64,000 bases of DNA from Candidatus Abzuiibacterium crystallinum (GCA_002787155.1 PCVY01000064.1:10475-74474); one strand, 5' to 3'; positions 10,901-18,243 are shown, counted from the stretch's first letter. A program made the numbers and translations. The notes: generated by a model from the sequence alone, not told the origin.

Positions 10901-13517
10901 CGTCACTTATGTGTTAGCTGACCTTTCTTCTTCCATTATTGAACAAGCCAAACAGGAATTAGGCAAAAGCCGTAATGGAATCAAGTTTGACATGTTGCAG
11001 CTGGATGCCGCCAATCCAACCCAAGCACTTGAGAAATATCAAGGTCAAATATTGCGCGGTCATCTAACCAATATCTTAGACAACTTGCCGACCGATTATT
11101 TTGTCCGCCGAGAAACAAAGTCATACATTGTTGAAAGCAGGCCGCGTTGGTCGAAACCTGAAATCATTGCTTTGGCGCGGCAATATCAAATCAAAGAAGA
11201 TGAATTGATCAAGGATTTGCAGAATTTATCCGAAACGGGTGTTCAACATTTCCTGGGAAAATACAGACAATCTTTTCATCGAAGTGCCTATCGGACACCC
11301 GAGCAGTCGGATGAGTTATTCTACCGATTTTGGTATGACTTGTATGGCAATAAAGACAGGCCCGGAACGGGACTGCGGCTAGAAGAACAGCTGGTACCCA
11401 TTAACGATCTTGAGCAATTTCATTTTCTATCTCAAACCGAACTTTCGGGAGCATTGCTAGCCGAAGCCTTAGATGAAGTAGAAGGCGACATCCGTATGCC
11501 GCTTTCTAATCATGCCATTGACGCGGTCTTGGCTTGGCAAAAGTTGCTACATCCGGACGGCGTGATCGAAATCTTTGATATCGTGGTTGATAGATTTGAG
11601 GATTTCCAAACCAAAGAAAATCGACCGAACAAAACAGCAAAATATGACGGCTCGGCCGTTGATTGGATCAATGGAGCACTTTTGCGCGTCATTGGCAAAG
11701 CTCTCATTCCGGGTTTTCACATGACGGTCGAAAATCTAGGCCGTTTCGGTAAACGCTTCAAAACCATGTCCTTGGTCGAAATTCGCCAAAATCAAGAAGT
11801 CACCGTTAAACCGCGAGCAGAACTACGCGTATCATCGGTCCAGGATCGATTAATTGATTTAACCGCTGAAGCGGAAGCGCAAGGGATTGACTTAGATGCT
11901 ATTGCACAAACGCTGAAACAGGAAGACTACTATGTTGAAGACTTGGTGCGCGAAGTTTTGCGGGATGCCATTCAATTTCATCCTTCGGCCGATTTGCTTA
12001 CAGCCGACAATCTCAAAAGGTTGGTTTCTTTACTTGAAATAATTGGTTTGAAGCGGATTGAACCGGTTTCATTTGTTCGGACGGATGACAAAGGCGTTCC
12101 ACTCATGCGATTTTCGCCTGAAGTCGCCGAATTTATGCGTGAGCGAAAGCAAAAAGGGTCATCATTAATCGTGTCGTACCTGGTGTTTAAGCGTGACGGC
12201 GTAGAAGCGGTTTTACAACATGACCCAACTGCCTCTCAAATTGCAATCAACATAGCGCTTTCACCCAATTATGGGGCGTCCAATACGTTGTCGCAAAGCC
12301 AACATGAGTTTTTTGATAATCGATTAGCACCACAGCTTGACTGGCTCGAAGAGATCAATGAAGCACGGCGAGAAATATCTGATTCTAAACTTAAACCCGT
12401 GGGCGTGAGTGCTTATTTAAGTAATGCATGGGGTGCTCAGGATTTAACGATTGATTTTGATGACGAAAAAGCATTTACCGGCTGGCTTGAAGAAATCAAA
12501 GGTTGGATACGAAAGTTTCAAGCGAAAGAAATCGAGGAAGTGGTGTTAAGCGATACCACCGGTGAAGCCAGACCGGCGGATATTACAAAACTATTTAGCG
12601 CTCTCATTCAAGATACGGAATTTAAAGATATCAAATTTGCTTTTCACGGACATGACAGCGGTAACGGTCTTTTAAATGTTTTTGCCGCGCTAAAGGCGGG
12701 TGTTCGGATGATTGATACTTCCATTGGGAATTTAGGCGGCTCGCCTTTCTCTGAAACCACACATACCTATAAAGGACGGAAACCAGGTAACATCACGACC
12801 GAGGATTTAATTTTTTTACTCAAAGCGAAAGGCGTTCCGACGAATATCGATTTTGATCGTCTTTTAGAAGTTGTTCGGGAGTTTGAACGTATTTTGAGTG
12901 ATAATTTTGTTGAAAATACCCGCGTGTTGGGTTTGCACCACTTGCCATTGGCAGAAAGAGAAGATCTATTTAAATTGATGGGACCAAAGGCAAGACGTTC
13001 AGAACTGAAAGCAGTAGAACCAGTTTTAACACAAGCGCCGGCAGCTTTTAGTAATCGTTTACGTTCAGAACTTCGATTGATGTTGGTGCCGCCCTCAACC
13101 GTGACGGCACAAAACATTGGCTTGGCATTCGGCAGGCGAGACACCTTTGAAGTATTAACGCCGGTTCTTTTGCAGCAATTGGCAAGCGCTGGAATTCCTG
13201 TGGTTGTGATTGCGCCCACATCGATTGAAAAAGGCGTCATTGATCAAATCAATCACCAGACGGCAAATGAACATGCTATCTTGATTGCTGAGAGTCTGCA
13301 GGAGGCAGCCTATCAATTAAAAAGGCAGCAAATAGAAGAAACCCGCTTTGTCAGCACCGAGCGCTCAGACCTTGATCTTGCGGCACCTTTTTTTAACGTG
13401 GTTGCTTACTTGCCCAAAGAACAGCTTACCGGGTGGGTATTGTCACAAGTGAAAGCAATTGCCGTCATGATGCAACAATCCCGCGCTAATTACGAAAGAC
13501 TCTTACAAGCCGCTTAG
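4926..13517 (+). CDS. giant multidomain membrane protein (2863 aa as called): EamA/DMT-like permease modules + AceK-like isocitrate dehydrogenase kinase/phosphatase domain + MetF (MTHFR)-like domain + Rossmann methyltransferase-like region + HMG-CoA-lyase-like DRE-TIM metallolyase domain
   Basis: This is an uninterrupted 8.6-kb ORF. The first 122 codons contain two REP palindromes, so the true start is probably the in-frame ATG at 5292 (MKQGSSVRTVIFLAVLS...). About 5292-7400 encodes many TM helices with EamA-type module ends (GEKFTARKLIGYAMVFSGMAA; TGQLNPSLIAIGGLVLAGGILAS). About 7490-9270 encodes an AceK-like domain (FEQGDWAHLQ vs E. coli FEQADWHAVQ; NIFNVDFLPHNHG...VVLFDLDAI vs NIFPGDMLFKNFG...VVFYDYDEI; LARRRANP vs YRRRQRF). 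About 9460-10180 is MetF-like (KIEAGAEAIMTQ...VPIIIGFPFITS...AGIHLFPLKG). About 10795-11740 is Rossmann methyltransferase-like. About 12160-12960 is HMGL-like (FKRDGVEAV; FHGHDSGNGLLNVFAALKAGVRMIDTSIGNLGGSPF...TEDLIFLLKAKG). Confidence 0.8.
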   Translation: MKQTGFGSKLLSLTLSFSLFTTCSVGFTDPSLILGSGPGPDPRHLTRTKAAGHSLSVIHQLTALNPEIARDLWRRQQLPAAVTRFIDLSVKSELRSSSNDTWGQVRDLTPGVHRAESSFSSKMKQGSSVRTVIFLAVLSLTVYLGFLQVARFPSGNVKLDWAAASLMPVIVTGVFLVGLFRNHLLSSGRLFSISILAAALYGWTTVLAKPVLNFPMTQVGPLPYMITLWGAAILLLHYVYDQLFRMSGKVNGSTNTSFTSSWLARLIPLYTDFKILFKLKRATSRNGADLTSTQQMLTMNRRAGFLRGTFWHLGPFALALWGSLFSQTLGAGTLYLALYQGLNPNVYGVMAPIGIVLLPGLLAAWWLGEKFTARKLIGYAMVFSGMAAISAVSLTQASVQVPFAALALGLLSAVFYGLRQIFHKQLFNKNLDALSAGEHAQLEMAVNRLGYFLGTVTMIGIAVIQAIVGNQPIGWFTFLVPSMAILTIANMFVWTGMWVLVFFVTRHIHASRLTPILATFPFWTMLWQWVVTGQLNPSLIAIGGLVLAGGILASYQKPTQVDGGSRSELRTSAGMSLFSKPHLRTIYIISHVILFGVGLLAFPTLSLLAYESIHIGAVINLMFFASFVLIGNAFIHQIYQWYGYRFNFKKLGAAITLSLVSGAVTLLGVMLINELFPLGQEFAGTTFRLPLGFGRVQIDFAHPLIAHTVVAIPRVLMAIVLEALNLLLLDLPFRFYRDQLKSRHEGTQSNLKKREAFYLSRLYSLAAYYFILVWLPNYTSVLFIGLVLQLLRLFLHVSANRKSYWVKSWFIQNHRTLLVIFPLFYPFVKLARSLHWLITPKETISVEAKSRVLASAVWHAYEQYQKELQALNDRALSLFEQGDWAHLQVDYQRRLDLYSQSIENASLEISRQIGNGFISEQTIWDQARTHFDVLVINPLDKKLADAFFYTVKRRFIPGTESDIRFIAEDVHLFRGSEDVLEPVFTSYKRKVSTRAAVETILSHYGFKIPYEDHERDVNHITDLVNRQLHLEEGEPNAKVERFEMLNPIFTRFKKIYIVGRIRVKANTIPLVLVFDNHSQKLVLDQVVMESLDVSRLFGFTHSQFTVVTDNYQALVNFLHELMPRKHLSQIYRVIGQYNLAKAEILKDLFNLIRKRQERFRLSEGVKGKVVISFSLPSSDMMIRVLKDRPDKPLSPREFEAKHYFARHVYKAGRIVEMIGLRNVRFPKAAFEADVLKELLEKSTDPENGIVEDGEFIILKRFFVQRYVIPLDIFFQREKDPEIRRRILLDLGQLHKDLARVNIFNVDFLPHNHGVIAAGTANMRVVLFDLDAIELLTDQNFLSVPRYSRPVDDGDFDLDYFMYGGDAEDMRMAAPSNDQYPEQFELLKDIPLDLVTEFMRVHGDLIQPDFYLATQRDLWQQADELVRTFPYSLLARRRANPIHSELRHFSLAERLQTQEFVVTTELDEPDMTPDYWKLIDQGWVHGMTITDLPLISKVEDLLKRYQAKKTIRQNPFAILHQTTGAIVTVAAGARFRGNIRNRILRMVEENAGGILAVASGGLIRRLARVLWLEWLLPMNSFKILRMVKKMKQAGIIPKDFLIMGVENPLIGDPVTQVDRLEEKIEAGAEAIMTQPPLLWHQFEAWWREVEKRGLNRRVPIIIGFPFITSPANLRFWYFLTGVSSHHLEAQALLSEFEEKQNEGAEAFAKFRQEFSEGLLRKIRTLPHAAGIHLFPLKGMPQVIPTLKANDLRPPLHHIRRIDRLIGLYDELGVQLDIENVAYKDEHVKHLEGVLSVIYGVIKNFDDRPKRITINRVFYKQHFLDSVMVRDIVGSSDWELTIDLKSFERDKLFNIKRLRHQVQQKILDRKRPERKKEIFITAGPFKRYAHSLIRQWNEAFWQHVKAMMKALKRDYRDTIAGSPDTEAPILHYNAERFLLEDLLPLREQEKQTGVPPQPVAYVEGGVASIDYARGFVDQLKKLAEDRGLADLLTNVTYVLADLSSSIIEQAKQELGKSRNGIKFDMLQLDAANPTQALEKYQGQILRGHLTNILDNLPTDYFVRRETKSYIVESRPRWSKPEIIALARQYQIKEDELIKDLQNLSETGVQHFLGKYRQSFHRSAYRTPEQSDELFYRFWYDLYGNKDRPGTGLRLEEQLVPINDLEQFHFLSQTELSGALLAEALDEVEGDIRMPLSNHAIDAVLAWQKLLHPDGVIEIFDIVVDRFEDFQTKENRPNKTAKYDGSAVDWINGALLRVIGKALIPGFHMTVENLGRFGKRFKTMSLVEIRQNQEVTVKPRAELRVSSVQDRLIDLTAEAEAQGIDLDAIAQTLKQEDYYVEDLVREVLRDAIQFHPSADLLTADNLKRLVSLLEIIGLKRIEPVSFVRTDDKGVPLMRFSPEVAEFMRERKQKGSSLIVSYLVFKRDGVEAVLQHDPTASQIAINIALSPNYGASNTLSQSQHEFFDNRLAPQLDWLEEINEARREISDSKLKPVGVSAYLSNAWGAQDLTIDFDDEKAFTGWLEEIKGWIRKFQAKEIEEVVLSDTTGEARPADITKLFSALIQDTEFKDIKFAFHGHDSGNGLLNVFAALKAGVRMIDTSIGNLGGSPFSETTHTYKGRKPGNITTEDLIFLLKAKGVPTNIDFDRLLEVVREFERILSDNFVENTRVLGLHHLPLAEREDLFKLMGPKARRSELKAVEPVLTQAPAAFSNRLRSELRLMLVPPSTVTAQNIGLAFGRRDTFEVLTPVLLQQLASAGIPVVVIAPTSIEKGVIDQINHQTANEHAILIAESLQEAAYQLKRQQIEETRFVSTERSDLDLAAPFFNVVAYLPKEQLTGWVLSQVKAIAVMMQQSRANYERLLQAA
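5024..5054. repeat. REP-like palindromic element copy 2 (GGGGTCAGGTCC-G-GGACCTGACCCC)
   Basis: Same 12-bp arms as copy 1, core 5027-5051, with the same CTT/AGG flanks. It translates as GSGPGPDP in both orientations, which explains the overlapping + and - ORFs in the track. Confidence 0.85.
5227..5257. repeat. REP-like palindromic element copy 3
   Basis: Identical to copy 2, core 5230-5254, and 35 nt upstream of the in-frame ATG at 5292. Confidence 0.85.
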
Positions 13518-13696
13518 AGACGGTCCCCCCCAAGTCTTTTGTGGGTCGTGAGTTAAACAGAAACCATCCCTATCTATTTTTTTCTGACTTGCAATCACTT
13601 AAAAGAGCGTTATAGTTATAATATATTGAAGCCGAACTACATAATCTAATAGACTCATCTTTGGCAGGGTCTCACGCGATCACGAAAGGGGTTTTT

Positions 13697-14698
13697 ATGT
13701 TTAAAAAAGTATACTTACCGGTTCTTATTTTAATCACCATCCTTATTTGTCCTTCTCAGTTACAGGCTGCCAAAGACTCAGGCGATGTGGCCGCTAAAAT
13801 CGACAAAGACGTGATTACCATGAGCGAATTAAACAAAGCAGCCGAATCAGACCTGATGCCGCTTGCTTCACAAATTTATGACATCAAGAAAAAACGGCTC
13901 GATCAAATGGTGGAAGACAAATTGTATGAATTAGAAGCCAAGAAGCAGAAAACGAGCGTTGAAGCATTAAAAGCTGAAATTAATAAGGGCGATGAAGACA
14001 TGAGTGACGATGCGATCGAGGTGTATTATGATTTAAACAAGGCACAATTCGGCAATCGGCCGCTCGAACAAGTTAAGGCTCAAATTAAAAATCTTTTGAT
14101 CCGACGCAAACTTGACAAAAGCAACGATGAATTCTTAGCTGGTTTAAGAAAGAAATACAATGTGGAAGTGATGTTGGAAGAACCGAAAATGGAGTTGGAT
14201 ATAGATGGATACCCTTCACGCGGTCCCGATAACGCCAAGGTGACTGTGGTTGAATTTACCGATTTCCAATGTCCTTTCTGCAAACGGTTTAAAGATACCA
14301 TTGACCAATTGGTAGAAGAATACCCGAACGATGTCAAACACGTTTTTCATCATTTACCGCTTCCCATGCACCGCAATGCCAAAGGGGCACATCATGCCTC
14401 GGTTTGTGCCGACCGCCAGGGTAAATTTTGGGAGATGCGCGAAGTATTATTTAATAATGCCACAGCACTTGAGCGTGAAAATCTAAATAAATATGCCGGG
14501 GAAGTCGGTTTGGATATGGACGCTTTTAGTAAGTGCATGGAAGATCCTGAAATTGATAAATACTTAGACGATGCTGCCAGTTACGCGCAATCGGTCGGAG
14601 CGCGAGGAACACCCACCTCATTTGTGAACGGCACCTTGTTCAGGGGCGCTCAGCCTTATGAACAGCTTAAGCAGGTGGTTGAGACCAAATTAAAATAG
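13697..14698 (+). CDS. periplasmic DsbA-family thiol:disulfide oxidoreductase with an N-terminal chaperone-like domain
   Basis: It has a signal peptide (MFKKVYLPVLILITILICPSQLQA) and a thioredoxin-fold active site CPFC (FTDFQCPFCKRF). The ORF track starts at 13661, but the ATG at 13697 follows a GA-rich RBS. Confidence 0.7.
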   Translation: MFKKVYLPVLILITILICPSQLQAAKDSGDVAAKIDKDVITMSELNKAAESDLMPLASQIYDIKKKRLDQMVEDKLYELEAKKQKTSVEALKAEINKGDEDMSDDAIEVYYDLNKAQFGNRPLEQVKAQIKNLLIRRKLDKSNDEFLAGLRKKYNVEVMLEEPKMELDIDGYPSRGPDNAKVTVVEFTDFQCPFCKRFKDTIDQLVEEYPNDVKHVFHHLPLPMHRNAKGAHHASVCADRQGKFWEMREVLFNNATALERENLNKYAGEVGLDMDAFSKCMEDPEIDKYLDDAASYAQSVGARGTPTSFVNGTLFRGAQPYEQLKQVVETKLK

Positions 14699-14708
14699 TT
14701 TTTTGAGG

Positions 14709-14770
14709 CTTAGGGTCAGGTCTCCGCCTGAGGACGGATTCGTCCTTTGGCGAACGGGACCTGACCCTAA
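14709..14770. repeat. REP-like element variant (arms TAGGGTCAGGTC / GACCTGACCCTA) with a 35-nt insert that carries its own hairpin
   Basis: The same GGTCAGGTC/GACCTGACC arms as the elements at 4.9-5.3 kb enclose GAGGACGGATTCGTCCTT. It sits immediately after the DsbA-like stop, so it may act as a terminator or RNA-stability element. Confidence 0.7.
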
Positions 14771-14804
14771 GTTATTTCATTCCTCCTTATAATCATGCCT
14801 TTGT

Positions 14805-14833
14805 TTGACAATTAGGTTATGAATTGCTATTAT
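14805..14833 (+). promoter_or_regulatory. sigma70-type promoter of the rib operon (TTGACA-17-TATTAT)
   Basis: A consensus -35 lies at 14805-14810, followed by a 17-nt spacer and a -10 TATTAT at 14828-14833, about 45 nt upstream of the ribBA ATG. Confidence 0.55.
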
Positions 14834-14877
14834 CTTTCTTTTACGCAAACCTTTTTGTGAAAGCGAGTTACGAAAAT

Positions 14878-16074
14878 ATGTTCAATCCGATCGAAGAGAT
14901 CATAGCCGATATCAAAGCAGGTCAAATGGTCATTATTGCCGATGACGAATCGCGCGAAAATGAAGGCGATCTTATTTTCCCCGCTCAATCTGTGAATGCT
15001 GATAAGGTTAATTTCATGATTAAACACGGGCGAGGTTTAATTTGCACCCCCATGACGGATGAACGGCTTGAAGCGTTGGGGCTTTCGGATATGGTGAGAC
15101 AAATGGGTGATACCATGAAGACCGCTTTCACGATTTCCGTTGATGCCGCCCTCGGTGTGACCACAGGTATCTCAGCGCATGATCGTGCCCGCACCATTGA
15201 AGTTTTGGCGGATCAAAAATCAACCCGAAAAGATTTGGTCAGTCCCGGACACATTTTTCCTTTACGGGCTAAGAAAGGCGGCGTTTTAAGACGGGCAGGT
15301 CACACCGAAGCTGCGGTTGATTTGTGCCGTTTGGCGGGCTTGGCGCCGGTTGGGGTGATTTGTGAAATTATCAATGATGACGGCACAATGGCACGCCGCG
15401 ATGATTTATTTCAGTTTGCCAAGCGTTTTAAATTGAAAATTGGTACGATTCGCGCACTCATTGAATATCGAAGACGTTCCGAAAAATTAGTGGAAAAAAT
15501 TGCAGAAGCTAAATTACCGACGCGGCATGGCGAATGGTCTCTCAAATTATATCGTTCGACCGTGGATGAGCAGGAGCACATGGCATTGGTTAAAGGCGAT
15601 GTGGATGAAAAGCCAACCATGGTACGCGCTCATTCAGAGTGCTTTACGAGCGAAGTTCTCGGATCGCTTCGTTGCGATTGTCAAGAACAGCTGGATGCCG
15701 CCATGGCGATGATTCATAAAGAAGGAAAAGGCGTTCTGCTTTACATCCGCCAAGAAGGGCGTGGAATCGGGTTATCCAATAAAATCAAAGCGTATGAATT
15801 GCAAGATCAAGGGTTGGATACGGTAGAGGCCAACGAAAAACTGGGTTTTAAGCCGGATTTGAGAGATTACGGAACGGGCGCGCAGATATTAAAAGATTTG
15901 GGATTGTCGCAAATTCGTTTACTAACCAATAATCCCCGCAAAATTGTGGGCCTTGAAGGGCACGGCTTGCATGTGATTGAGCGTATTCAACTGGAAATGC
16001 CGACGCATGAGCATAATGCGAAATATTTAAAAGTTAAGAAATTAAAATTAGGACATTTGCTGAAGGATATTTAA
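14878..16074 (+). CDS. ribBA: bifunctional 3,4-dihydroxy-2-butanone-4-phosphate synthase / GTP cyclohydrolase II
   Basis: DHBP synthase motifs (RENEGDLIFPA, GHTEA) are followed by GTP cyclohydrolase II with the zinc-cysteine motif CxxxxxxxxxxCDC (HSECFTSEVLGSLRCDCQEQL). The start is probably the ATG at 14878 (MFNPIEE); the track start at 14824 overlaps the promoter. Confidence 0.9.
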   Translation: MFNPIEEIIADIKAGQMVIIADDESRENEGDLIFPAQSVNADKVNFMIKHGRGLICTPMTDERLEALGLSDMVRQMGDTMKTAFTISVDAALGVTTGISAHDRARTIEVLADQKSTRKDLVSPGHIFPLRAKKGGVLRRAGHTEAAVDLCRLAGLAPVGVICEIINDDGTMARRDDLFQFAKRFKLKIGTIRALIEYRRRSEKLVEKIAEAKLPTRHGEWSLKLYRSTVDEQEHMALVKGDVDEKPTMVRAHSECFTSEVLGSLRCDCQEQLDAAMAMIHKEGKGVLLYIRQEGRGIGLSNKIKAYELQDQGLDTVEANEKLGFKPDLRDYGTGAQILKDLGLSQIRLLTNNPRKIVGLEGHGLHVIERIQLEMPTHEHNAKYLKVKKLKLGHLLKDI

Positions 16075-16628
16075 TGGCAATGGTTAAAGAAGGTTCTCTC
16101 ATTGGTACGGGTAAGCGTTTTGGAATTGTTGTTTCCCGCTTCAACGAACACGTTACCAAGGCGCTCTTAGACGGAACGCTGAATCACCTGCGCCGTTCGG
16201 GTGTGCGTGAAACAGACATTGAAGCGGCTTGGGTGCCCGGCACTTTTGAAATCCCCCTGACTTTACAAACCATGGCCCGTCAGAAGCAATTTGACGGTCT
16301 TGTGGTTCTGGGGTGTTTGATTCGGGGTGAAACCTCCAATTATGCGCACATTGCCCAAAGTACCACCGACAGCATCATGCAGGTGATGTTAACTTGTGAA
16401 GTGCCAATTGGTTTTGGTTTGCTCACGGTTGATACGCTTGAACAAGCCCTTAACCGATCGGGCGGTAAATTTGGAAATAAAGGAAGGGAAGCGGCAGAAG
16501 CCGTGATTGAAATGGTTAATTTGATCGCTGTTTTAAAACCAACTGATTCGACCAACCGGCAAAATTTTCTCCGCGCTGCCACTCAAACATGGGAGCGTTT
16601 TTCGATGAAGGAGGATATGGATCAATAA
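16074..16628 (+). CDS. ribH: 6,7-dimethyl-8-ribityllumazine synthase
   Basis: GTGKRFGIVVSRFNE...WVPGTFEIP matches lumazine synthase. The gene overlaps the ribBA stop by 1 nt (TAATG). Confidence 0.9.
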   Translation: MAMVKEGSLIGTGKRFGIVVSRFNEHVTKALLDGTLNHLRRSGVRETDIEAAWVPGTFEIPLTLQTMARQKQFDGLVVLGCLIRGETSNYAHIAQSTTDSIMQVMLTCEVPIGFGLLTVDTLEQALNRSGGKFGNKGREAAEAVIEMVNLIAVLKPTDSTNRQNFLRAATQTWERFSMKEDMDQ

Positions 16629-16686
16629 GGTTTAAACCAAATTCAATATCAGGAGTTTCAACCTACTTTGCTCTTTACCAATTGCT

Positions 16687-17130
16687 ATGCGTAAAAGAAC
16701 TCAAGCACGTGAATATGCGCTCCAAATTTTGTATCAAATCAATCTCACCAAAGGAGACGTTGAAAGTGTGCTGCAAGATTTCTGGATTTACCAGCCCGCC
16801 GGCGAAGACGTGATGCAATTTACAAACCGCATTGTCAAAGGCGCATTGACTTTTCAACCGGAGATTGATCAGATTATTCAAAAATACACGGAAAACTGGG
16901 ATCTGGAACGCATGGCCGTCGTTGACCGCAACATCCTTCGTCTCTCAACTTTTGAGCTGATTTATCTGGAAGACATTCCGCCAAAAGTTGCCATTAACGA
17001 GGCAGTTAACTTAGCTAAAAAGTTCTCACAATTAGAGTCCGGTAAATTCGTCAATGGTGTTCTTGATAAAATTACGCATTCAGAACCTAAACGGACCGCA
17101 CCGGGTGAGACACCCGTCAAGAAATCATAA
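16687..17130 (+). CDS. nusB: transcription antitermination factor NusB
   Basis: REYALQILYQ...ERMAVVDRNILRLSTFEL is a NusB family signature, and the gene sits in the conserved position within the rib cluster. Confidence 0.85.
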   Translation: MRKRTQAREYALQILYQINLTKGDVESVLQDFWIYQPAGEDVMQFTNRIVKGALTFQPEIDQIIQKYTENWDLERMAVVDRNILRLSTFELIYLEDIPPKVAINEAVNLAKKFSQLESGKFVNGVLDKITHSEPKRTAPGETPVKKS

Positions 17131-17138
17131 ATAAACGT

Positions 17139-18242
17139 ATGCCTGCTTTATCCAACCCTCACCATGCGCGCTTTATGGCGCGGGCGCTTCAACTGGCGGC
17201 TCGCGGCAGGGGCCGTGTGAGCCCTAATCCTTTGGTGGGAGCCTGTGTGGTGCGCAACGGACATATCATTGCGGAGGGCTATCACGCTAATTTTGGCGGA
17301 CCGCATGCTGAAATCGTAGCGCTCAAGCGTTTGGGCAAAAGAGCAAAAGGGGCAACTTTATACGTCACACTGGAACCATGTTCCACTTGGGGTAAAACGC
17401 CGCCCTGTACGGATTTTATTCGGCAGAATGGCATTAAACACGTGGTCATCGGCTGCCAAGATCCTAATCCGCTTCATGCCGGACGAGGCATTCGTCTCTT
17501 ACGTCAAAAAGGCATTCGTGTGACTGCCAATATTCTGCGCGAAGAAGCCGTGAAACTAAATGAGGCTTTTGCCAAATGGATTAAAACACAAATGCCTTTT
17601 GTGATTTTAAAAATGGCCGAAAGTTTAGACGGTAAAATTGCAACCGAAACCGGGGATTCCAAATGGGTTTCCGGCAAAGCGGCACGTGAATGGGCGCATT
17701 CATTGAGAGCTTCGGTTGACGGTATTTTGGTCGGAAAAAATACCATTTTAAAAGATAACCCGCGCTTAACGGCACGTCACGGCCGTTTCAAAAGAACAAA
17801 CCCCTGGCGTTTGGTGCTTGATACCAAAGCTCAATTGTCAAATCGTCACCGCATTTTTCATCAATCCGGAACAACGGTTTTAGTTTGCGGCGAAAGTTAT
17901 CTCAACCGAGCGGTTCAGAAGCATCGTCGTTCTCATATCAGTGTGATGCCTGTTAAACTAAAGGATCAAAAAATTGATCTGCGTGAGTTAGTGATCAAAT
18001 TGGGCCGCTTAGGCGTCACGTCGCTTCTGGTGGAAGGCGGCGGTGAAACGGCAGCTAGTTTTCTAAAATCTCATTTGGTCGATAAAATTTATTTTGTGAT
18101 TGCGCCTAAGATTATCGGTGGAAAGCATGCCCCCACAGCCGTTGAGGGGGATGGCATTCGCTTGCTGAAAGAAGCTAAAACGATTTTGCGGGTACAAGTG
18201 CGCTTACTTGATCGCGATTTGCTGGTGGAAGGATACTGTTAG
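17139..18242 (+). CDS. ribD: bifunctional diaminohydroxyphosphoribosylaminopyrimidine deaminase / 5-amino-6-(5-phosphoribosylamino)uracil reductase
   Basis: It has the CMP/dCMP-type deaminase zinc motif (HAEIVAL...PCSTWGKTPPC) and a C-terminal RibD reductase domain. Confidence 0.88.
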   Translation: MPALSNPHHARFMARALQLAARGRGRVSPNPLVGACVVRNGHIIAEGYHANFGGPHAEIVALKRLGKRAKGATLYVTLEPCSTWGKTPPCTDFIRQNGIKHVVIGCQDPNPLHAGRGIRLLRQKGIRVTANILREEAVKLNEAFAKWIKTQMPFVILKMAESLDGKIATETGDSKWVSGKAAREWAHSLRASVDGILVGKNTILKDNPRLTARHGRFKRTNPWRLVLDTKAQLSNRHRIFHQSGTTVLVCGESYLNRAVQKHRRSHISVMPVKLKDQKIDLRELVIKLGRLGVTSLLVEGGGETAASFLKSHLVDKIYFVIAPKIIGGKHAPTAVEGDGIRLLKEAKTILRVQVRLLDRDLLVEGYC

Positions 18243-18243
18243 T

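Noticed and set aside
274-13240. Numerous 60-157-aa ORFs in the track lying inside or antisense to the two giant genes
   Set aside because: They are fully embedded in long, well-supported coding frames and lack RBS or homology. Treated as spurious.
13518-13660. A weak partial match to the REP arms (GACGGTCCC...GGGTCGTGAG) after the megaprotein stop
   Set aside because: The complementarity is too imperfect to call a repeat copy or terminator with any confidence.
14700-14878. A possible FMN (RFN) riboswitch in front of ribBA
   Set aside because: The leader between the promoter and the start codon is only about 45 nt and contains none of the conserved RFN blocks. The structured sequence here is the REP-variant hairpin, not a riboswitch.
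16589-16881. The track ORFs 16589..16813 (+) and 16675..16881 (-) overlapping ribH and nusB
   Set aside because: They overlap two strongly supported genes out of frame. No independent support.
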